Below, one piece after another: positions 1 to 5,858 of a stretch of 24,000 nucleotides of DNA. The first letter of the stretch is position 1; the number at the start of each line of letters is the position of its first letter. The DNA is from Christensenellaceae bacterium. Lineage in GTDB: Bacteria; Bacillota; Clostridia; Christensenellales; Borkfalkiaceae. A program made the translations under genes and the position numbers. The DNA lies in NCBI GenBank assembly GCA_045613025.1, contig JAZLAE010000013.1:38486-62485 (forward strand), given 5' to 3'. The notes under the pieces were generated by a model. The model did not search any database, was not told where the DNA came from, and saw only the letters and a program-made list of their open reading frames with translations.

Positions 1-1
1 A

Positions 2-1597
2 GATGAAAACGGTAGGCTATCCGCTATCAACTTCAAAAACACCGAAACTTTCAACTTTGGTTTTGATATAGTTGATAAAATTGCCGAAAAATATCCAGAT
101 AAACTTGCAATGCTTCATCTTGATAAAAACAAAGTTGAACGCCGTTTTACCTTTAGGGATATCAAGCGTGCTTCTAACCAAGTGGCTAACTACTTTACTT
201 CGCTTGGCATCAAAAAAGGCGATAAAGTAATGCTTGTACTTAAACGCCATTACGAATTCTGGTTCTGTATGGTTGCCCTTCACAAACTTGGTGCGGTGGC
301 TATCCCTGCAACTAACCAACTTAAACAGCACGATTTTGAATACAGATATAACGCTGCGGGTGTAAAAGCAATCGTTTGTACGGCAGATGGCGATACTTAC
401 ACTTACGCTCAAAGCGCTGCTAAAAAATGCCCTCAAGTAGAAAAACTTTTAATGGTAGGTGGCGCTAAAGACGGTTGGCAAGATTTCAATAAAGAATATC
501 CGCTTTTCAGTGCTCACTTCTACCGCAATGAAGATACTTCTTGTGGTAACGATACTGCGCTTATGTTCTTTACTTCGGGTACAACTGGCAACCCTAAAAT
601 GGCTGCGCACAAACATACTTACGCGCTTGGTCATTTTGTAACCGCTAAGTACTGGCACTGTTGCGAACGCGACGGCTTACACTTAACTATTTCTGATACT
701 GGCTGGGGTAAATCACTTTGGGGTAAACTTTACGGTCAATGGCTTTGCGAAGGTGCGGTATTTGTTTACGACTTTGATAGGTTCGAAGAAAACGACATTT
801 TACCAATGTTTGCAAAATATAACATTACTACTTTCTGCGCTCCACCAACAATGCTCCGTATGCTTATTCGTGGCGACCTTTCTAAGTACGACCTTTCTTC
901 AATCCACCATATGACTACTGCTGGCGAAGCGTTAAACCCTGAAGTATTCAATAAATTTAAAGAAGCAACAGGCCTTGAAATTATGGAAGGTTTTGGCCAA
1001 ACCGAAACAACCCTTGCTATTGCTAACCTTTACGGCACTACACCAAAAATCGGTGCTATGGGTAAGGCAAATCCACAATACGACGTTGACGTAGTTGACC
1101 CAGATGGAAATAGTCTTCCTGCAGGTGAAGTTGGCGAAATCGTTATCCATACGGATAAAGCCGTTCCTTGCGGATTATTTAAAGAATATTATTGTGACGC
1201 TGAAAAAACTACCGATGCTTGGCACGATGGCTTATATCATACAGGCGATACCGCATGGCGCGATGAAGACGGATATTTCTGGTACGTTGGTAGGGTAGAC
1301 GACGTTATCAAGTCAAGTGGTTACCGTATCGGACCTTTCGAAATCGAATCGGTAATAATGGAACTACCTTACGTTTTAGAATGTGGTGTTTCTGCCGTTC
1401 CTGATGAAGTACGTGGCCAAGTAGTTAAAGCAAGCATCGTATTAACTAAAGGCACTGTAGGTTCTGAAGAATTAAAGAAAGAAATTCAACAATACGTTAA
1501 AGAACATACCGCTCCATACAAGTATCCAAGGGTAATCGTATTTAAAGACGAATTGCCAAAGACCATTAGCGGTAAAATCCAAAGAAACAAACTCTAA
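2..1597 (+). CDS. AMP-forming acyl-CoA synthetase, medium-chain (ACSM/MACS-like) family; 5' end cut by the window edge
   Basis: The frame is open from nt 2 (DENGRLSAINFKNTETFNFGFDIVDKIAEKYPDKLAMLHL...). This aligns with the region starting about residue 260 of the 2114..4402 paralog, so the Met at 110 in the ORF track is internal. Adenylate-forming motifs are present: FFTSGTTGNPK, TTAGEAL, GDTAWRDEDGYFWYVGRVDDVIKSSGYRIGPFEIES, PKTISGKIQR. Confidence 0.9.
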   Translation, partial: DENGRLSAINFKNTETFNFGFDIVDKIAEKYPDKLAMLHLDKNKVERRFTFRDIKRASNQVANYFTSLGIKKGDKVMLVLKRHYEFWFCMVALHKLGAVAIPATNQLKQHDFEYRYNAAGVKAIVCTADGDTYTYAQSAAKKCPQVEKLLMVGGAKDGWQDFNKEYPLFSAHFYRNEDTSCGNDTALMFFTSGTTGNPKMAAHKHTYALGHFVTAKYWHCCERDGLHLTISDTGWGKSLWGKLYGQWLCEGAVFVYDFDRFEENDILPMFAKYNITTFCAPPTMLRMLIRGDLSKYDLSSIHHMTTAGEALNPEVFNKFKEATGLEIMEGFGQTETTLAIANLYGTTPKIGAMGKANPQYDVDVVDPDGNSLPAGEVGEIVIHTDKAVPCGLFKEYYCDAEKTTDAWHDGLYHTGDTAWRDEDGYFWYVGRVDDVIKSSGYRIGPFEIESVIMELPYVLECGVSAVPDEVRGQVVKASIVLTKGTVGSEELKKEIQQYVKEHTAPYKYPRVIVFKDELPKTISGKIQRNKL

Positions 1598-1740
1598 ACG
1601 GCGTTATGCTTCGTTTCTGTAAAATTTATCGACCTTGGTGACCACAAAGGTCTACCAAGTCCGCTAAATTTTACGAGCCTTGCCTAACTTGTTTATAGTC
1701 CGTTTCTAACATATTTCTTATAGAAATAACCATTTACGGG
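1598..1740 (+). repeat. Structured intergenic repeat, copy A (long imperfect hairpin plus conserved 3' tail)
   Basis: Begins immediately after the stop codon. Nested stems surround the loop ACAAA: GTAAAATTT (1619-1627)/AAATTTTAC (1666-1674), CTTGGT (1634-1639)/ACCAAG (1654-1659), GACC (1640-1643)/GGTC (1649-1652). The flanks CGTTTCTG and CGAGCCTTGCCTAACTTGTTTATAG recur at 4403-4736 and 9307-9600, and in diverged form at 13920-13995. Confidence 0.75.
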
Positions 1741-1792
1741 TAGAATATTAAGTTTTTACTATATATAACTTTAAAATAAAAGATAAAAACGT

Positions 1793-1821
1793 TTGACACT
1801 TAATTAAAGGTGTGATAAAAT
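1793..1821 (+). promoter_or_regulatory. Sigma-A type promoter with extended -10
   Basis: TTGACA (1793-1798), 17-nt spacer, TGa (1813-1815), TAAAAT (1816-1821). It is correctly placed just upstream of the T-box leader. Confidence 0.7.
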
Positions 1822-1833
1822 ACTATAACAAAG

Positions 1834-2094
1834 ATGTTGATGAAGAGTCGTTCAAATATCGTTTTTTAGAGAGATAACGGTTGGTGCAAGTTATTAAAAG
1901 GGTATTGAATGTTGTAGCTTCTGAATCGGAAGGAAGAAAGCGTTGTCAAGTAGAACCTTCTCGTGATTGCTGCGTTAATGCATACGGGTTGTTAGACCTT
2001 GAGGGGCAGTATGTTACTGCAATTTGAGTGGTACCGCGGGTTTTAGATTTATCTATGCTCGTCTCAAAGTTTTATCTTTGAGACGAGCTTTTTT
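1834..2094 (+). promoter_or_regulatory. T-box leader (tRNA-sensing transcription attenuator); specifier most likely GUA (Val)
   Basis: Elements seen: GA/K-turn motif UGAUGAAG (1838-1845); AG bay AGAGAG (1868-1873); distal hairpin AUAAC-GGUUGGUGCAA-GUUAU (1874-1894). The specifier-side strand UUGUAG (1912-1917) lies directly 5' of CUUC (1918-1921), which pairs with GAAG (1842-1845). The T-box sequence is AAUUUGAGUGGUACCGCGG (2021-2039), followed by an intrinsic terminator. The UGGU bulge predicts an A73 discriminator tRNA. That fits Val, Leu or Ile but not Cys. Confidence 0.85.
2057..2094 (+). terminator. Intrinsic terminator of the T-box 1 expression platform
   Basis: GCTCGTCTCAAAG (2057-2069), loop TTTTAT, CTTTGAGACGAGC (2076-2088), then TTTTTT (2089-2094). 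Confidence 0.85.
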
Positions 2095-2113
2095 GTTTCA
2101 AACGGAGGAAATT

Positions 2114-4402
2114 ATGCAAAATATGATAGGTCTTGATTTAAAAATTCAAGAAATGGCAACAAGAATACGCGAACTTCGCGAAATCGTAGGTCTTTCCACC
2201 ATCGAAATGGCGGAAAAAACTGGCGTTACCGAAGAACAGTATATTCAATGCGAAAACGGTTTATCCGACTTAAACTTCGCTTTCATTTATAGGTGTGCTT
2301 TAGCGTTCAACGTTGACGTTACCGAAATTATCGAAGGTAAAAGCCCTAAACTTAGTTCCTACGTCTTAACAAGAAGCGGTAAAGGTCAAAAAATTGAACA
2401 AGCGCACGGTATGACTTATTATAACTTAGCGTCTACCTTTAGAAATCGTATTGCAGAACCACTTTACGTTGTTAGCGAATACGATGAAAGCGCGCAAAAT
2501 AAAGAAATTGAAGTTACCACTCACACTGGTCAAGAATTTGACTTAGTTGTTGAAGGTGAGTTAAAAATTAAAATCGGTGACCACGTTGAAGTTTTAAAAG
2601 CGGGCGACAGTATTTACTACAACTCTTCAACCCCACACGGTATGATTGCCGTTGGCGGTAAAGACTGTATTTTCTACGCTATCGTATTAAACCCAACTGG
2701 CGAACCTATCCCTGAACTTCAAAAACACCCTGAAAATAAACTTATTAAAGAAGTTGATAAAGACCACGAAAAAAGGGCGTACAGTAAGTTTATCGACACC
2801 GTTGAAGACGAAAACGGTACTCCGCTTTCAATTAACTTTAAAAATCAAGATAAATTTAACTTTGCTTACGATATCTTTGACGAAATCGCTAAAAAGCACC
2901 CAAGCAAACTTGCCCTTTTACATATTTCAAGGGATAAAACCGAACGTCGTTTCTCATTTAGCGATATTAAAAAATATTCTTGTAGGGCTGCTAACTACTT
3001 TAAGTCTTTAGGCATTAAAAAAGGCGATAGAGTTATGCTTGTTCTTGGTAGAGATTATCAATACTGGTACGCTATGCTTGGTTTAAACCGCTTAGGTGCT
3101 ATTGCAATCCCTGCGATGAACCAACTTTTAGCAAAAGACTTTGAATACCGCTTTAATAGTGCGGGCGTATCTGCAATTTTATGTACGGCGCAAGGCGGTT
3201 CTTCATTTCAAGTAGATATTGCAAGCGAAAAATGTCCAGGTCTTAAACATAAAATTATCGTTGGTGGCGAACGCGATGGTTGGAGAAATTTCGACGAAGA
3301 ATGCGAACTTTTCAGCACTCACTTCGAAAGAACTGAAGAAACCGCTGGTGGCGATGATATTATGCTTATGTTCTTTACTTCGGGAACTACAGGCTATCCA
3401 AAAATCGCAATGCACAACTATAAATACGCGCTTGGCCACTTCCACACCGCTAAATACTGGCACGCTGCAAGGCACGATGGTATCCACTTCACTATCAGTG
3501 ATACCGGCTGGGCTAAAGCAATGTGGGGTAAATATTACGGTCAATGGCTTGTTGAAGGGGCTATCTTCGTTTACGACTTTGATAGATTCAATGCAAGTGA
3601 TATTTTACCTATGTTTGCAAAATACAATATCACTACTTTCTGCGCTCCGCCTACAATGCTTCGTATGCTTGTTAAAGAAGATATTTCTCAATACGATTTA
3701 TCTTCAATAAGATATATGACTACCGCTGGTGAAGCACTTAACTTAGAAGTTTACAAACAATTCAAAGAAGCAACCGGTCTTTCTATTATGGAAGGCTTCG
3801 GTCAAACAGAATCAACCCTACTTATCGGCAATATGGTAGGTACTAATACTAAACCTGGTTCAATGGGTAAACCTGTACCTATTTACGATATCCAACTTTT
3901 AGATAGAGAAGGAAACCCTGTACCTAATGGTGAAACGGGCGAAATTTGTATCAATACTCAAAGTGGTAAACCAAACGGTCTTTTCTGCGGATATTATAAC
4001 GACGAAGAAAAAACTAAAGAAGTTTGGTACGATGGCTTCTACCACACTGGCGACCTTGCTTGGCGCGATGAAGACGGCTTCTATTGGTACGTTGGTAGGG
4101 CAGATGACGTTATTAAATCGTCTGGTTACCGTATCGGACCTTTCGAAATCGAATCGGTAATAATGGAACTCCCTTACGTTTTAGAATGTGGCGTTTCCGC
4201 TGCACCTGATGAAGTTCGTGGTCAAGTAGTTAAAGCAAGTATCGTTTTAACTAAAGGTACGGTAGGTACTGAAGAACTCAAAAAGGAAATTCAAGAATAC
4301 GTTAAAAAACGTACCGCCCCTTACAAATATCCACGTGTAGTTGTATTTAAGGACGAATTGCCTAAGACTATAAGCGGTAAAATCCAAAGAAATAAGTTAT
4401 AA
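2114..4402 (+). CDS. Fusion protein: XRE-family HTH + cupin domain + AMP-forming medium-chain acyl-CoA synthetase
   Basis: GGAGG (2104-2108) sits upstream of ATG 2114. The ORF-track start at 2024 runs through the T-box terminator and is rejected. The N-terminus, IRELREIVGLSTIEMAEKTGVTEEQYIQCENG, is a typical HTH_3 segment. Next comes a cupin beta-barrel segment (HTGQEFDLVVEGELKIKIGDHVEVLKAGDSIYYNSSTPHGM). From about residue 260 it continues as a full acyl-CoA synthetase (FFTSGTTGYPK, GDLAWRDEDGFYWYVGRADDVIKSSGYRIGPFEIES, PKTISGKIQR). There is one uninterrupted frame. Confidence 0.85.
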   Translation: MQNMIGLDLKIQEMATRIRELREIVGLSTIEMAEKTGVTEEQYIQCENGLSDLNFAFIYRCALAFNVDVTEIIEGKSPKLSSYVLTRSGKGQKIEQAHGMTYYNLASTFRNRIAEPLYVVSEYDESAQNKEIEVTTHTGQEFDLVVEGELKIKIGDHVEVLKAGDSIYYNSSTPHGMIAVGGKDCIFYAIVLNPTGEPIPELQKHPENKLIKEVDKDHEKRAYSKFIDTVEDENGTPLSINFKNQDKFNFAYDIFDEIAKKHPSKLALLHISRDKTERRFSFSDIKKYSCRAANYFKSLGIKKGDRVMLVLGRDYQYWYAMLGLNRLGAIAIPAMNQLLAKDFEYRFNSAGVSAILCTAQGGSSFQVDIASEKCPGLKHKIIVGGERDGWRNFDEECELFSTHFERTEETAGGDDIMLMFFTSGTTGYPKIAMHNYKYALGHFHTAKYWHAARHDGIHFTISDTGWAKAMWGKYYGQWLVEGAIFVYDFDRFNASDILPMFAKYNITTFCAPPTMLRMLVKEDISQYDLSSIRYMTTAGEALNLEVYKQFKEATGLSIMEGFGQTESTLLIGNMVGTNTKPGSMGKPVPIYDIQLLDREGNPVPNGETGEICINTQSGKPNGLFCGYYNDEEKTKEVWYDGFYHTGDLAWRDEDGFYWYVGRADDVIKSSGYRIGPFEIESVIMELPYVLECGVSAAPDEVRGQVVKASIVLTKGTVGTEELKKEIQEYVKKRTAPYKYPRVVVFKDELPKTISGKIQRNKL

Positions 4403-4530
4403 GCGTCGCAATACTGCGTTTACTGCTTCAAATTTTGACTTTGATGACCAACAAGGTCAATCAAATCCAAAATTTTCGCGAGCCTTGTCTTGCTTGCTTC
4501 TAACTCATTTCTTACATAAACAAATTATAA
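4403..4530 (+). repeat. Structured intergenic repeat, copy B
   Basis: Same layout as copy A: CTGCGTTTACTG, then stems TTTGAT (4440-4445)/ATCAAA (4460-4465) and GACC (4446-4449)/GGTC (4455-4458) around the loop AACAA. The outer stem is AAATTTTG/CAAAATTT, followed by the tail CGAGCCTTG. It ends with ...AAACAAATTATAA, which resembles the 3' end of the synthetase gene. Confidence 0.7.
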
Positions 4531-4655
4531 GCATCGTATTTCTGCGTTTACTGTAAAGTTTTTCGACCACGATAACCAAAAAGGTTTATCGTGTCCGTAA
4601 AACTTTCCGAGCCTTGCCTAACTTGTTTATAGTTCGTTTCTTAATCACACGAAAC
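4531..4655 (+). repeat. Structured intergenic repeat, copy C
   Basis: GCATCGTATTTCTGCGTTTACTG, then the outer stem AAAGTTTT/AAAACTTT, the mid stem CACGAT/ATCGTG and AACC/GGTT around the loop AAAAA, then CGAGCCTTGCCTAACTTGTTTATAGTTCGTTTCT. The stems differ in sequence from copies A and B but remain complementary. Confidence 0.7.
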
Positions 4656-4736
4656 AGGTAGGTCTATCTCAGCCTGTGGTCTACACGAGCCTTTCCTAAC
4701 TTGTTTCTAACTCATTTCTTACAGAAACAAACTAAA
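4656..4736 (+). repeat. Structured intergenic repeat, copy D (partial or degenerate)
   Basis: Keeps the tail CGAGCCTTTCCTAACTTGTTTCTAACTCATTTCTTACAGAAACAAACT, but its hairpin is different and shorter (CAGG...CCTG). The terminal AGAAACAAACT matches the last codons of the 2..1597 gene. Confidence 0.55.
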
Positions 4737-4782
4737 AGATAAAGTATGTTTGTTTTTAAAACTTATTAGTTTGAAATTTCTA

Positions 4783-4811
4783 TTGATAATCAATTTAAAG
4801 TCGATTACAAT
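4783..4811 (+). promoter_or_regulatory. Sigma-A type promoter for the NTPase/oxidoreductase/ilvE operon
   Basis: TTGATA (4783-4788), 17-nt spacer, TACAAT (4806-4811). Confidence 0.6.
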
Positions 4812-4849
4812 TAGATAAGGGGTTATTATATAAAGAAAACAACCACAGT

Positions 4850-4867
4850 TTACAAACTTGTTTGTAA
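4850..4867. promoter_or_regulatory. Perfect 8-bp inverted repeat, candidate operator
   Basis: TTACAAAC-TT-GTTTGTAA, about 40 nt downstream of the predicted -10. The 2-nt spacer is too short for an RNA hairpin loop, so a DNA operator is more likely. Confidence 0.45.
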
Positions 4868-4895
4868 CATCGTTAGTCGCAAGACTACACAGTTT

Positions 4896-4945
4896 TTGCG
4901 CTAGCAAAACACCGTTTGGCGCTAGCCAACTTTGGCAAAGCCAAA
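4896..4945 (+). promoter_or_regulatory. Three tandem short palindromes or hairpins with shared TTGSC/GSCAA arms in the operon leader
   Basis: TTGC-GCTA-GCAA (4896-4907), TTGGC-GCTA-GCCAA (4916-4929), TTTGGC-AAA-GCCAAA (4931-4945). They end 20 nt before the ATG at 4965. Confidence 0.45.
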
Positions 4946-4964
4946 ATATCGTTTAATAATAGTT

Positions 4965-5627
4965 ATGATAAACTTTAAAAGAATTACAATCTTATCAGGG
5001 CATTATGGTAGCGGAAAAACTAACGTTGCCGTAAACCTTGCCTTAGATTTAAAAAAGGTATATAATAAAGTTGCTATAGCGGATATCGACATAGTTAACC
5101 CTTACTTTAGAACCAAAGATAGCGAAGAACTATTGCAGTCTTTAGGCATAAAACTTATTTGTTCAGAGTACGCTAACTCTAACGTAGATATTCCTGCGCT
5201 TCCGCAAGAAATGTATAGCGTAACCGATGATAAGTCCGTACACGCCATACTTGACGTAGGCGGTGATGAACGCGGTGCTTTAGCGCTTGGCAGGTTAGTG
5301 CCTAAAATTAAAGAAGAAAACGATTACGATATGTTCTACGTAATAAATAAGTTTAGGCCGTTAACCCGTGATATTCCGTCGGCTATAGAAGTTTTTGATG
5401 AAATCGAAAACGCGTGCAAACTTAAATTTACGGGAATAATAAATAACTCAAACTTAGGCAAAGAAACTACCCCTGAAGACGTAATATCTTCAGTAGAAAT
5501 TGCCGAAAACTTAGCAAAAACTTTAAACTTACCACTTATTTTCACTTCGGTTACCGAAGAGTTGTATGGCAAAGTAAAAGATAAAATTCAAAACGTGTAT
5601 CCACTTGTGATGCAAAAAAAATTATAA
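4965..5627 (+). CDS. P-loop NTPase (MinD/ParA/CooC-like superfamily), function unknown
   Basis: A Walker A motif lies near the N-terminus (ILSGHYGSGKTNVAVNLA), and a DVGGDE segment resembles Walker B/switch. ATG 4965 is preferred over the TTG at 4932 because it puts the P-loop at the usual distance from the N-terminus. No clear SD is visible. Confidence 0.7.
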   Translation: MINFKRITILSGHYGSGKTNVAVNLALDLKKVYNKVAIADIDIVNPYFRTKDSEELLQSLGIKLICSEYANSNVDIPALPQEMYSVTDDKSVHAILDVGGDERGALALGRLVPKIKEENDYDMFYVINKFRPLTRDIPSAIEVFDEIENACKLKFTGIINNSNLGKETTPEDVISSVEIAENLAKTLNLPLIFTSVTEELYGKVKDKIQNVYPLVMQKKL

Positions 5628-5639
5628 AGGAGTATAGTT

Positions 5640-5846
5640 ATGGCTGTATTAACTTTTAAAACTGATAAATGTAAAGGCTGTGGCTTGTGCGTTGGCGTTT
5701 GCCCTAAAAACGTACTTGCTCTTGCAACAGACAAAATTAACGCAAAAGGTCATCACCCTGTTGAAGCGGTTAACCCTGAAGCGTGCATCGGTTGTGCTTT
5801 CTGTGCAACAATGTGTCCTGATTGTATAATAAAGGTAGAAAGATAG
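5640..5846 (+). CDS. 2x[4Fe-4S] ferredoxin-type delta subunit of 2-oxoacid:ferredoxin oxidoreductase
   Basis: Two cluster motifs, CKGCGLCVGVCP and CIGCAFCATMCP. AAGGAG RBS. 68 aa. Confidence 0.85.
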   Translation: MAVLTFKTDKCKGCGLCVGVCPKNVLALATDKINAKGHHPVEAVNPEACIGCAFCATMCPDCIIKVER

Positions 5847-5858
5847 GAGTATAAAATT

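Noticed and set aside
110-112. Met at 110 as the start of the first synthetase.
   Set aside because: The frame is open to the window edge, and the upstream residues align with the interior of the paralog. The gene is 5'-truncated by the window.
1675-1700. Integron attC idea: the repeat tail contains GCCTAAC, which fits the RYYYAAC inverse-core pattern, and the elements follow ORF stops.
   Set aside because: No matching GTTRRRY partner is conserved at the other end, and there is no integrase. The flanking genes are core metabolic operon members rather than promoterless cassettes. Tandem copies also occur without ORFs between them.
1910-1915. Cys (UGU) as the specifier of T-box 1; UGU occurs twice in the specifier-side strand after GAA.
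   Set aside because: The codon adjacent to the closing helix with a following purine is GUA-G. The UGGU acceptor-binding bulge predicts A73, whereas bacterial tRNA-Cys has U73. The call is still not certain; AUG and UUG readings are also conceivable.
2024-2113. 30-codon N-terminal extension of the fusion protein in the ORF track (TTG start at 2024).
   Set aside because: It reads straight through the T-box sequence and its terminator hairpin and has no RBS. ATG 2114 has a GGAGG 5 nt upstream.
4403-4736. CRISPR-like array, considered because of the tandem repeats.
   Set aside because: The units are about 125 nt, imperfect, and have no unique spacers of regular length. No cas genes are present.
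4767-4781. CodY-box-like sequence TAGTTTGAAATTTCT near the oxidoreductase promoter.
   Set aside because: By eye it matches only about half of the AATTTTCWGAAAATT consensus, which is indistinguishable from AT-rich background.
4719-4907. 62-aa minus-strand ORF in the intergenic region.
   Set aside because: It overlaps the predicted promoter, the palindromes and the repeat tail. It has no RBS and an AT-driven composition.
4932-4964. TTG start at 4932 for the P-loop NTPase.
   Set aside because: It lies inside the tandem palindromes and has no RBS. ATG 4965 places the Walker A motif at the normal position. The true start remains somewhat uncertain.
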